Part shown: positions 31,092 to 40,549 of the stretch, one piece after another
Numbering within the stretch: position 1 is the first letter of the stretch
Layout of the letters: the number at the start of each line of letters is the position of its first letter
Translations under genes and position numbers: made by a program
Assembly (NCBI GenBank): GCA_965657515.1
Contig: CBFHPE010000001.1
Span: forward strand, 1-63,843
Length of the DNA: 63,843 nucleotides
Source: Sulfurovum sp.
GTDB taxonomy: Bacteria > Campylobacterota > Campylobacteria > Campylobacterales > Sulfurovaceae
Direction of reading: 5' to 3'
The notes under the pieces: model-generated
What the model was told of the DNA's origin: nothing
Databases searched by the model: none
What the model saw: only the letters and a program-made list of their open reading frames with translations

Positions 31092-32480
31092 CTAATGCTT
31101 ATACATATCTCTATGTTCTTTCCATCTTAAGAACATAGCATTTGACTCTTTGGTCTCTTTCATAGTTGCAGCGGTATAGTTCATAAGCACCGCTTCAAAT
31201 AGTGTACTGTAATCAAGCCCTATAGTACCCTTTTTTTGAGCTATATACCCTGGTCTGTTCTGGAACCATTCATTCCACTCTTTTGAACCTGGTGCATACA
31301 TTACCCATGGTTGTCTCTTATACTCTTTAGCCGGATATAAAAATGTTGACATATGCGTAGCACCTGATGTATAACTGGATGTACCATGACAACTCATACA
31401 AGATGAACTTCTGAGTTTTGGCCACTTTTTCCCATTTACTTCTACATTGTATTTTACAGAAATATCAAATGGTCCAGATAAACGACCGCCATATCCCAAT
31501 GTCACCTTTGTCCAATCAGGAGCATTTGAATTAATATAGGTCTCTTTTAAATTTGGGTTCATGGCATTAGGGTCTTGTGGAGACATAACATCAGGGTCAT
31601 TACCCCACATTGCACCTAATGGAACCATTTTATCCCAAATATCACCTGTGGCGTTCTTGTCATAAACAAATGTTGAAAATACCCAACCTGTTTGAGGTGC
31701 AGCTATAGAATCTTTTACGATGATATCTATAAAAACGACTCTTGTGTCTCTCACTTTAAGAGGAGTATCAGGCATCGTACCGCTCAAATTATAATCTCTT
31801 CGATAGACTTTCCATATGGGTGCACCTTCAAGTACAGGCCACTCTTCTGGTGTCGCTGTAATTCCTGATGACTTGATTACAATGGCACCCTCTTTAAACT
31901 GTGTCTCATTATTGTCCACACTAGGAACACACTCTTGTGTCGTTTGATTACAATCTTTCCAAACTTGCTGTAGTGTATACGCTGCTCTTTCATCATATAA
32001 AATCGCTGCATAGTTACGAACATCTTTTGTTAGTCCTGAAGCAGCATAGACATCTTTGCTTTGTATCTGACCTGTAAATGTTCCATAAATGGATTCTCGT
32101 CCTTCCCAACCGACCTTTTCAATGCTTTGTCCAGCCCATAACATACTATACCAGCCTGTTTGATCACTCTTGTTCCATCCTTCAGGATCAGACAAAAACT
32201 TATCTAGTGTTGGTTTGACATGTTTTTTTAATGCCATCATGTAGGTATGTGCATTCTCTTTTGTAATTGGCTTACCACCAAGTACTTTCTGCCACAACAT
32301 ATTTTTAGGGGGAGTGTATGTTTTTGGATAATCATAATTGAACTGAAAAAGTGCTCCATTATACTCAGCATTTGGTGGTATATTTCCATTATTTGCTGCG
32401 AAAGGATCAACAGCTTTTTCTTGCGCAAATACAACACTAACAGCGATACAACATAATAGCAATAATCCCCTCTTGTACAT
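31092..32480 (-). CDS. Secreted single-heme c-type protein with cytochrome P460-like motifs
   Basis: Sec signal peptide, a single CMSCH (aa 361-365), and FKEGAIVIK and IDIIVKDS..TGWVF motifs. The P460 assignment is inference. Confidence 0.6.
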   Translation of the reverse strand: MYKRGLLLLCCIAVSVVFAQEKAVDPFAANNGNIPPNAEYNGALFQFNYDYPKTYTPPKNMLWQKVLGGKPITKENAHTYMMALKKHVKPTLDKFLSDPEGWNKSDQTGWYSMLWAGQSIEKVGWEGRESIYGTFTGQIQSKDVYAASGLTKDVRNYAAILYDERAAYTLQQVWKDCNQTTQECVPSVDNNETQFKEGAIVIKSSGITATPEEWPVLEGAPIWKVYRRDYNLSGTMPDTPLKVRDTRVVFIDIIVKDSIAAPQTGWVFSTFVYDKNATGDIWDKMVPLGAMWGNDPDVMSPQDPNAMNPNLKETYINSNAPDWTKVTLGYGGRLSGPFDISVKYNVEVNGKKWPKLRSSSCMSCHGTSSYTSGATHMSTFLYPAKEYKRQPWVMYAPGSKEWNEWFQNRPGYIAQKKGTIGLDYSTLFEAVLMNYTAATMKETKESNAMFLRWKEHRDMYKH

Positions 32481-32571
32481 TCCCTTCTCCTACAAGTAAT
32501 TAGTTTTTAGTTTAACACAAATATATTAAATATTATTACTAAATCTAATAATAGGTTGCATTTATTTTCTT

Positions 32572-33855
32572 TTATGTAACATTCAATCTTTGATAATACT
32601 CAACCACTCTACGATCCACATTTATGACACGATGTAAATATCGTGTCAAGTCACCTTTATTAAAATCAATCTTTAAATGTTTAGGGTTAACAGCTCTAGA
32701 GATCGCAACATAAAACTGACTTGGGGCAAAAATGTTGTCTACATTACAAACCAGGTTATCAATACTCATCCCTTGCGACTTATGAATGGTCACAGCATAA
32801 GCAAGTTTTAGTGGGAATTGTGAGAGTGTTGCCAAAGAGATCGTCTCTATGGTACCGTCATCCTGTACCAGCATATCTACTAAATCAAATTCATGACGTT
32901 CCACACGTACATATTCATCTTCTTTTTCTACAATGAGATGGTCCTCTTCTATCTTTCTAAGTATCCCTCTCTCACCATTGACGAATTTACCCCATTTGTT
33001 CACAGTAAAAAGTACAGGCACACCCTCTTTCAGTGTGAGTAATTCAGAGATGGGAAGCATAGCTTTCCACCCTGCCAACTTCTTCTCGTGTACTTTACCA
33101 AACATATCTATGTTGGCAAAAAGAATGGTCTCTTCTGTATCAAGTTCATTGATCTTAGCCCTGTTGGTCTGCTCTACTTCCAAATTACGTCCATACAAAT
33201 AGGTAGGGTCTTCTCCCATGCTCTCGTTATTCCAAAGTTTTGTCATATACATGATAACTTCTTCATCACAGATACCTTTACGTACTTTAGAGAGTATATG
33301 TGTAAACTCTCCATCTGTGGTACGCTTCATCTCCGTGAGTTCAATGACCATAAGTTCAAAGCGCTCCCAGGCCATAGATTCAAATGCATAGAGTTTCTCT
33401 CCAAAAACATCATTTCTGTTATGTTGTTTTTGGACCGGCGGCAACTGAAAAAAGTCACCTACGAACATCACTTTTCCGAGGTACCCATAGTTGTTAAGTC
33501 TATAGGCGATCATATCAAGAAGGTCCGTACTCACCATAGAGATCTCATCTATGATAATGAGATCTGTGGCTTTTAACACTTTTTTTAAGTCTGAAAGTCT
33601 TTTTTTAGCCCGTTTATCACTCTGGTTTAACTCATCAAAGTTAGATGAAATACCAAATACGAAAAAACTGTGTACAGTAAACCCGCCGATGTTCACGGCA
33701 GAAACACCCGTAGAACCTAAAGATACCACCTGTTTACCTCTTTTACGGTAATCAGAGATCACTTCATTGGTAATGTAACTTTTTCCTACCCCTGCACCTC
33801 CTGTGAGAAATACATTTGAGTGTTTCAGTGCTTCAAGCACATCTGTTTTGTCCAT
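32572..33855 (-). CDS. PIF1 family ATP-dependent DNA helicase
   Basis: TGGAGVGKS, IDEISM, GDFFQLPPV and QFPLKLAYAVTIHKSQGMS. Confidence 0.92.
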   Translation of the reverse strand: MDKTDVLEALKHSNVFLTGGAGVGKSYITNEVISDYRKRGKQVVSLGSTGVSAVNIGGFTVHSFFVFGISSNFDELNQSDKRAKKRLSDLKKVLKATDLIIIDEISMVSTDLLDMIAYRLNNYGYLGKVMFVGDFFQLPPVQKQHNRNDVFGEKLYAFESMAWERFELMVIELTEMKRTTDGEFTHILSKVRKGICDEEVIMYMTKLWNNESMGEDPTYLYGRNLEVEQTNRAKINELDTEETILFANIDMFGKVHEKKLAGWKAMLPISELLTLKEGVPVLFTVNKWGKFVNGERGILRKIEEDHLIVEKEDEYVRVERHEFDLVDMLVQDDGTIETISLATLSQFPLKLAYAVTIHKSQGMSIDNLVCNVDNIFAPSQFYVAISRAVNPKHLKIDFNKGDLTRYLHRVINVDRRVVEYYQRLNVT

Positions 33856-34826
33856 TAGAATCCTGCCTTATCTATGCGTCCGCTATAACATTGACTTCGT
33901 GTTGATTTACCTCGTTTCAACAATGTACCTAATTCCTTACTGTCACTCCCCAAATGCAACCATAATTCTGTTAAGAGACCTTTTTTACATTTCATTTCTA
34001 CACGTTTTCCTGTCCCTTTCCCAAAACTTCTGTTGATGAGTGTTCGAAGTTGCTGAAGAGAAATATACTTCCCCATGTTTTTTTGGAAATAATCTCCTAT
34101 TTGAGAGGCATTAAACTGTTCTACTAAACTCACACTATCTTCATAATATCTATTAGGATCTCTACTGTAACATGTACCATGTTTTATCCATTCATGTTTA
34201 TGTAAATTTGAAGAATATCCCGGCATCACTTTCTCTAACCTTTTAGTTAGTTCAGGTGTTAATTCCAGAGATGGGAGTTTATGCCACTGTTTGTGTTTAT
34301 CTAAATTTTTTTCATAAGCACTTACACCACAATACTGCTTACCTTTAGGCTGTGGCCATAAACCGTGTAAAACAAAATGTTTCTCTTTATACACACCTTT
34401 ACCAAATGAAAATACCTTTCTTCTACACTCTTTTTTATATCTGTGTGTCTCACAAAAAGCATTATGCCATGAGAGTACAAGAATATTTTGTTTTTTACTT
34501 ACATACTCTTTATTTGAAGGAGTTTCACGTTGTATATAAGCATCAACACTATCATTTTCTAATATTTGCTTCTCTTTTAGTGATGTTTTTGAAAAACATT
34601 CATCATCCACCCAACGTTGTGCCGGTTGTTCCCCTTTTACCAGGATAAGATTTTGTCCTTTATGATGTTTAAGCACTGTATATGTTTTAGAGGTATCTAG
34701 TATGACATGATGGGTATTTTTAGTGTGTTTCATGTTGTTATATGCTTCACACGTTTGCGATGGTTTTGCTTCATATCTTGCAAAAAGTGTCGATATAAAA
34801 AGTAACAGTAAAATGATAGATCTCAA
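33855..34826 (-). CDS. Secreted ribonuclease T2 family protein
   Basis: Signal peptide; CAS I FVLHGLWP and CAS II HEWIKHGTC. Confidence 0.92.
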   Translation of the reverse strand: MRSIILLLLFISTLFARYEAKPSQTCEAYNNMKHTKNTHHVILDTSKTYTVLKHHKGQNLILVKGEQPAQRWVDDECFSKTSLKEKQILENDSVDAYIQRETPSNKEYVSKKQNILVLSWHNAFCETHRYKKECRRKVFSFGKGVYKEKHFVLHGLWPQPKGKQYCGVSAYEKNLDKHKQWHKLPSLELTPELTKRLEKVMPGYSSNLHKHEWIKHGTCYSRDPNRYYEDSVSLVEQFNASQIGDYFQKNMGKYISLQQLRTLINRSFGKGTGKRVEMKCKKGLLTELWLHLGSDSKELGTLLKRGKSTRSQCYSGRIDKAGF

Positions 34827-34862
34827 TAGATATCCTTAAAAAATATTCTGTTATTATACTCT

Positions 34863-35762
34863 ATGATATTTAATAGCCTTGATACCCTGTCTACACACTT
34901 TGGGAAGCAAAGAAAATCACCTTCTTTATCTCATGCTCGTCGTTCAAATATGATGCTGAATCCACTGAACCTCAAACACCTCAACCGTATAGATGAGAGT
35001 GATGCAGATATGATCACGCTTAACCTTGAAGATGCCATTGCACCTTCACGTAAGAAAGAGGCATTACACAACATCGCACTTTTTCTTTCACATATGGAAC
35101 ATTCAAACAGCTTTATCATCATACGTACCAATCCACTGAATGAAGGTGGCGCAGAAGAGATAAAATTCTTAAATGATTTTTCTTTTGATGCCATACGTGT
35201 GGCTAAAGTAAAGAACCAAACAGAAATAGCCCAAGCCCTTACCCTACTCTCTCCTGATAAAGAACTGCACATCTCTTTGGAAACAAAAGAAGCTTTTGAG
35301 AGCTTAAGTACATTAAGAATAGATGAACGTCTTACCACAGCAAACCTCGGCATCTTAGACCTCCTTACATCACTTGGCTTACCACAGTCTCTTGTGATAC
35401 TAAATAACCCTACTATAGACTACATACTCTCCAAATTTTTAGTTGATACAAAAACTGCCGGAATACACCCTGTCTCTTTTATGTTCCAAGAGTATAACGA
35501 TACAGAGACTTTTAAAGCGTGGTGTGAGCATGAAAAAATGATGGGATTTGAGAGTAAAGCATGTATGGGTCCTAAACAGGTAAAAATAGCAAATGAGATT
35601 TTTGCATTAAGTCAGGATTCCCTAACCAGAGCCAAACACATCAAAGATGTATTTGAGCAAAACGCTACACAAGATATAAATGGATTTATGGATGATAAAT
35701 TTGGCTTTATAGATGAACCTATTTACCGTGACGCTTTGTTGGTTTTAGAAAGAAAGGCATAA
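34863..35762 (+). CDS. CitE-like (HpcH/HpaI aldolase/citrate lyase) family protein
   Basis: RRS..., LNLEDAIAP..K, SLET, GF..K.C..P.Q and ID.P. Confidence 0.8.
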   Translation: MIFNSLDTLSTHFGKQRKSPSLSHARRSNMMLNPLNLKHLNRIDESDADMITLNLEDAIAPSRKKEALHNIALFLSHMEHSNSFIIIRTNPLNEGGAEEIKFLNDFSFDAIRVAKVKNQTEIAQALTLLSPDKELHISLETKEAFESLSTLRIDERLTTANLGILDLLTSLGLPQSLVILNNPTIDYILSKFLVDTKTAGIHPVSFMFQEYNDTETFKAWCEHEKMMGFESKACMGPKQVKIANEIFALSQDSLTRAKHIKDVFEQNATQDINGFMDDKFGFIDEPIYRDALLVLERKA

Positions 35763-35763
35763 T

Positions 35764-36750
35764 ATGAAACTTTTAAAATCATTGTTCATAGCTTTTATAC
35801 CATTTCTTCTTATCGCCAATGATGACAGACCTCCTATAGCTTACGATTTTTTAGCAAAACAAGAGGTAAAAAAATTTATCAATATGATGGTCAAAAAACA
35901 TCATTTTGACAGAAAATATGTTACTGACACACTCAGACATGCAAAACTTGACAGAGATACTTTAGCGAGGTACACGGGCAAATATAAGGTAGGATCAACA
36001 AATGGCTCTTGGGAACGTTATAAAGCCCATGTTCTAGATGATGTCAGCCTGCAAAAAGCAGTAAAATTTAAAAAAGAATACTACGCTACTCTCTTACGTG
36101 CCAGTAAACAATACAATGTAGATATGAACTATATCGTTGGATTTATGGGTGTAGAGAGTAAATTTGGAGAGTATACAGGAGATTACAACGTTTTGGATGC
36201 CTTAGCAACACTTTCATTTCATCCAAACAGGATGAAAAAGTTCTTTAAAGCTGAGTTGGAACATCTTTTTTTACTCTGCAATGAAAAGCGTTACAATATC
36301 CGTACACTTGAAGGATCTTTCGCAGGGGCCATAGGTTGTGTACAACAGGTTCCTTCTGTTGCCCGCAAACACCGTTCAGATTTTAATAACGATGGCATTA
36401 CTGATCCTTGGGACAAAGAAGATTGTATCGGTTCTATCGCAAAATTCATGTATAAAAATAAATGGAAAAAAGGTGTGCCCGCAGCGGTAACTACGAATTG
36501 GAAAGGTGGACGTTACACCAAAGCACTCAAACCTTCACGTAAGAAGAAGCGCTCACTCAAAACCATAAAAAAATACGGTATCAAGCCAACACAGCCATTT
36601 CCAGAATCTTCAGCTTACCTACTTAAAACTAGAAACAATACACATGATGATATTTATTTGGGAAGCAGTAACTTTGCAGTGCTAAGACGCTATAACAATG
36701 CCACGACCTATGGTGTTGCCATACATCTCGTCGCAGAACATGTGAAATAA
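35764..36750 (+). CDS. Lytic murein transglycosylase (MltB-like)
   Basis: GVESKFG, DALATL, GSFAGA.G, SIA.F and RRYN..YG.A. Confidence 0.88.
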   Translation: MKLLKSLFIAFIPFLLIANDDRPPIAYDFLAKQEVKKFINMMVKKHHFDRKYVTDTLRHAKLDRDTLARYTGKYKVGSTNGSWERYKAHVLDDVSLQKAVKFKKEYYATLLRASKQYNVDMNYIVGFMGVESKFGEYTGDYNVLDALATLSFHPNRMKKFFKAELEHLFLLCNEKRYNIRTLEGSFAGAIGCVQQVPSVARKHRSDFNNDGITDPWDKEDCIGSIAKFMYKNKWKKGVPAAVTTNWKGGRYTKALKPSRKKKRSLKTIKKYGIKPTQPFPESSAYLLKTRNNTHDDIYLGSSNFAVLRRYNNATTYGVAIHLVAEHVK

Positions 36751-36754
36751 AGTA

Positions 36755-38608
36755 TTAAGTAAAAATATATTTTTCTTCAAATGCATTTTGATCTAATGCT
36801 TCATCAAAATAAAACCCTTGAAATCTGTCACAAGTCTGTTCTTGTAAGAAATCTAATTGTGCTTTTGTTTCAACACCTTCTGCCACAACAGTCAGATCAA
36901 AATTCTTTGCTATAGATATGATAGTAGAGATCATGTGTTGATCATTTTTACTCTTGTCTAAATGTTTTATAAATACCTTATCGATCTTCAATTCATCAAT
37001 AGGCAATTCTCTTAAATAACTTAAAGAAGAGTATCCTGTTCCAAAGTCATCGATCGAAAATGATATTCCCATTGCTTTTAGTCTATGCATTGTATTGATC
37101 GTTTTTTTCATATCTTCTGAAAATACATGCTCTGTCATCTCAAAATAGATATTTTGAAGGTTACTATCATTAAAAGCATACTTCTCCATCAATCTTTGCA
37201 CATCTTCTAAAAAAGGTTCATACATGATCTGTCGCATACTGATATTGATTGAAAAGTTCTCTAATACAATCCCCCCTTTATTCCAATCATCTAACACTTT
37301 AAATGTGTGATGAAGCACATAACTACCTAACTCCAGTATCAGTCCGGTGTTTTCAGCAATAGGGATAAATTCATTTGGATGTACGATACCCAAGTCTTTA
37401 TCGGTCCATCGTACCAAAGCTTCAGCACCGATCAGTTTATCATCTGTATTGAACTGCGGCTGATAGTATACATCTATGGCATTTTCATTCAATGCTTTAT
37501 ACAATTTTTGTTCTATCTGTATATGTCTTGCCACCTGTTCTTCAATATCCTTATTAAACACAATAACACCGTCTCTTCCCTGTGTTTTTGCTTCATACAT
37601 TGCAAGATCTGCTTCTTTTAAAAATTTATTTGGATTTGAAAGTGTATTTGCCACAGTGCTAATACCTATACTGGCACTCAAATATAAATGATGATTGTTG
37701 ATAATATAGGGTTTTTTAAGTTCAAGAATTAAATTTTCAGCAAATTCTTGTATCTGTTCGATATATGATTCTTCTGTAACAAGCTCTTTAGTAACAACAA
37801 TAAATTCATCTCCACCAAGTCTTGCAACCAAACGCGAGTATTTACAATAAATACTAATACGTCTAGCTACTTCTTTCAAAACATCATCTCCCACATCATG
37901 TCCTAAAGAATCATTGATTGTTTTGAAATAATCCAGGTCTATCAAAAGTATATAAGCTTTTTTACGGGTAAATGAGATTCTTTCAAGCATGGCATCCATA
38001 TAGTCAGTATAATATCGTCTGTTATGCAAACCTGTTAAAGCATCATGTTGTGCATGATAATAGTTTTTTTCAATAAGCCTATGAGTATTGTAGGAAGAGT
38101 AGATCAATACTCCTAAAAAAATAGTGGAAAAGAATGATAATACATAACCATACCATGTTCCGATCAATCCAAAATATACGATTAGCGGTACCATTAAGAT
38201 CAGTAATATAGGTACAAATATCTTTCGCTCAGATACCAAAAGTGCTGAGGCTACTACCGATGCACCCAATTGTGTGAAAATAGCAATATAGTGTAAATTA
38301 CTCTCCACTTCCTGCGCATAAAGTACAAAGATAACAGTCCATAAAGAAAAAATGACATACATGAAAACAATGAGTTGACCATGCCACTTTTGCAGTTCTT
38401 CATATTCCATTTGTACAGTGTCAAACCATTTATAAAGAAACATACCATAAGCAGAAGTAAGTAACATGGCTATATACCAAAGCATTGCTGGTATAAAAAC
38501 GTTATAGAGATATCCAAAAACAACATATACAATGCCAGGTATAAGAGAGAGAAACACTAACAGAATTATCTGCTTTTGTAAAAATATATAATGTTTTTGC
38601 TGTTTCAC
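36755..38608 (-). CDS. Membrane GGDEF-EAL diguanylate cyclase/phosphodiesterase
   Basis: N-terminal TM segments, HDALTGL, GGDEF, EALVRW and DDFGTGYSSL. GTG at 38608 follows GAGGA; the ORF track starts at 38635. Confidence 0.92.
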   Translation of the reverse strand: MKQQKHYIFLQKQIILLVFLSLIPGIVYVVFGYLYNVFIPAMLWYIAMLLTSAYGMFLYKWFDTVQMEYEELQKWHGQLIVFMYVIFSLWTVIFVLYAQEVESNLHYIAIFTQLGASVVASALLVSERKIFVPILLILMVPLIVYFGLIGTWYGYVLSFFSTIFLGVLIYSSYNTHRLIEKNYYHAQHDALTGLHNRRYYTDYMDAMLERISFTRKKAYILLIDLDYFKTINDSLGHDVGDDVLKEVARRISIYCKYSRLVARLGGDEFIVVTKELVTEESYIEQIQEFAENLILELKKPYIINNHHLYLSASIGISTVANTLSNPNKFLKEADLAMYEAKTQGRDGVIVFNKDIEEQVARHIQIEQKLYKALNENAIDVYYQPQFNTDDKLIGAEALVRWTDKDLGIVHPNEFIPIAENTGLILELGSYVLHHTFKVLDDWNKGGIVLENFSINISMRQIMYEPFLEDVQRLMEKYAFNDSNLQNIYFEMTEHVFSEDMKKTINTMHRLKAMGISFSIDDFGTGYSSLSYLRELPIDELKIDKVFIKHLDKSKNDQHMISTIISIAKNFDLTVVAEGVETKAQLDFLQEQTCDRFQGFYFDEALDQNAFEEKYIFT

Positions 38609-38648
38609 TTTATCCTCTTTACATAGAAACTCCAACTAAGATTTAAAT

Positions 38649-39020
38649 TTAGTCCTCAAAAATGATTATATCATAAGTACTTTTCGCCACCAAGGCCTTG
38701 CTTGAGTGAACAGACCCGTTTCGGTTTGATTTTCGCAGTTCATCACGTAAAAGATCTATCTCTTCTTGCATTTCATCTATCTGTTCTTTAAGCTGAAGTA
38801 CAAGATCCACTCCTGCAAGGTTCACACCCATTTGACGTGTCAAACGCAAGATGAGCTTCATACGTTCAATATCACGCTGCGAATATAAACGCATACGACC
38901 CTGTGTACGTGAAGGCTCAACAAGTCCCTCTCTCTCATACTGTCTGAGTGTTTGTGGATGTATATCCAACATCGTAGCTACCACTGAAATGAGGTAAACA
39001 GGCTCATCATAACTATGCAT
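38649..39020 (-). CDS. hspR: Heat-shock repressor HspR (MerR family)
   Basis: YDEPVYLISVVA, IHPQTLRQYER and GVNLAG; downstream of cbpA. Confidence 0.95.
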   Translation of the reverse strand: MHSYDEPVYLISVVATMLDIHPQTLRQYEREGLVEPSRTQGRMRLYSQRDIERMKLILRLTRQMGVNLAGVDLVLQLKEQIDEMQEEIDLLRDELRKSNRNGSVHSSKALVAKSTYDIIIFED

Positions 39021-39116
39021 TTGGTATCCTTTACAATTTAGTTTTTATATTATCTCCTTCACCAGGAGCAAAGCTCCCAATGAATTCCTCTCACTAAAGC
39101 TTTGCCTTTGCCAAAA

Positions 39117-39971
39117 TTATAACTTTTCTTCTAACACTTTTCTTAGTTCATCATCGAGGGTGCCTACATCTGGAAGCACTACGTTGGCCACTAGATAAAG
39201 ATCTCCTTTCATCGCTGTCTTTCTGTCTGCGACACCTTTTCCTTTAAGTCTGAATTTTTGACCATTTTTTGTGTTTTGCGGCACTTTAAGTGAGACCTCT
39301 TTTTCAGGAGTATCTATAGCGATCTTTCCGCCAAAAAGTGCTTCTTTCAAAGGAACATCAAAACTTTTATAGAGGTTATCACCTTTTCTTTCATACTCAT
39401 CTGAAGATGAAACTTCTATCTGTATGAGTAGATCACCTGCGTGTCCCTGGTACTGCTTACCTTTACCACGGACACGCATTGTCTCACCTGTTTTTATACC
39501 CGCAGGAATTTTAATATCAAAATTTTGACCATTTGCTGATATATTATGTTTTCCACCTTGTATCGCCACCATAAAAGGTACGGTAATACGTGCCTGGATA
39601 TCTAGGTCTGGACCACCAAAGCCGCCAAAACCGCCAAAACCGCCTTGCTGTGCTCCGCCGAAGCCGCCTCCACCACCAAACATGGATCTAAGGATCTCAT
39701 CGAGATCTACACCTTGCCCCTGTCCCTGTGCAAAATCATGGAAATTCTGTCCACCGAACATTTGGTCACCGAACTGATCGTATTGTTGTTTTTTCTGTGC
39801 ATCTGAGAGAACTTCATACGCTGCATTTATCTCTTTAAATTTATCGACTGCTGATTCTTCTTTATTAATATCGGGGTGATATTTTCTTGCGAGTTTTCTA
39901 TAGGCTTTTTTTATTTCATCGGCAGAAGCATTTTCATTTACACCGAGTGTTTCATATAAACTTTTTGACAT
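39117..39971 (-). CDS. cbpA: DnaJ-class co-chaperone / curved DNA-binding protein
   Basis: J domain with HPD, G/F-rich linker, no zinc finger; upstream of hspR. Confidence 0.9.
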   Translation of the reverse strand: MSKSLYETLGVNENASADEIKKAYRKLARKYHPDINKEESAVDKFKEINAAYEVLSDAQKKQQYDQFGDQMFGGQNFHDFAQGQGQGVDLDEILRSMFGGGGGFGGAQQGGFGGFGGFGGPDLDIQARITVPFMVAIQGGKHNISANGQNFDIKIPAGIKTGETMRVRGKGKQYQGHAGDLLIQIEVSSSDEYERKGDNLYKSFDVPLKEALFGGKIAIDTPEKEVSLKVPQNTKNGQKFRLKGKGVADRKTAMKGDLYLVANVVLPDVGTLDDELRKVLEEKL

Positions 39972-40003
39972 TCTAAATCTTTCTTCAATAATAATTTCTT
40001 TGG

Positions 40004-40038
40004 ATTATATCAAAAAGGTTTAGTCTATGTCAATCAAG
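40004..40038 (-). promoter_or_regulatory. cbpA-hspR sigma70 promoter with overlapping HAIR-like HspR operator
   Basis: Minus strand: TTGACA (40033-40028), 18 nt, TATAAT (40009-40004) with extended TG. CTTGATT-N7-ACTAAAC (40038-40018) matches HAIR CTTGAGT-N7-ACTCAAG at 11/14. Confidence 0.72.
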
Positions 40039-40063
40039 TTTGAGAAGATCTTATAATATATTA

Positions 40064-40456
40064 CTATCTATAGGGTACTGTTCTATACCCTTCATGTATC
40101 ATTTTCATGATCCCGCCTTGAAGGTTAATGACCCTATATCCAAGCTTTTCAGATAAAAACTCAGTAACCATTCCAGTACGAGATCCAACTCTACATATGA
40201 GTGCGAACTGCTCATCCTTCTTTACTGCCATATTTAACTGTCTTAAAAAACCCTCAAGATTGAAATTGCCTTGTTCATCAAAAAACATGATCGTATATGA
40301 TCCTTTAACAATACCTGTCTCTTTCCACTCGGCTGGTGTACGTATATCTATGATCTTTATATCTTTATCTGCAAATCCAGGTGTTGCCCACACTTGTATA
40401 AGTTCTGCCATCAACATTGCTGACAGTAGTAAAAAACTTAACATAATTTTCTTCAT
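40064..40456 (-). CDS. Exported rhodanese-like domain protein
   Basis: Signal peptide, IIDIRTPAEW, ICRVGSR active loop and NLQGG. Confidence 0.85.
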   Translation of the reverse strand: MKKIMLSFLLLSAMLMAELIQVWATPGFADKDIKIIDIRTPAEWKETGIVKGSYTIMFFDEQGNFNLEGFLRQLNMAVKKDEQFALICRVGSRTGMVTEFLSEKLGYRVINLQGGIMKMIHEGYRTVPYR

Positions 40457-40549
40457 TTATTAACCCTGCGTTATAATATAATGAATTATATCTAATAAAG
40501 ATAAATGATTTCCACATAAATATTCATAAAGTATACTGTACAATACCAT

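Noticed and set aside
38701-38721. CTTGAGT HAIR half-site inside hspR
   Set aside because: It has no good partner half-site and lies in coding sequence near the 3' end.
39611-39680. Short tandem repeat CCGCCAAAA within cbpA
   Set aside because: It encodes the GGF repeats of the normal G/F-rich DnaJ linker; it is not a CRISPR array or contingency repeat.
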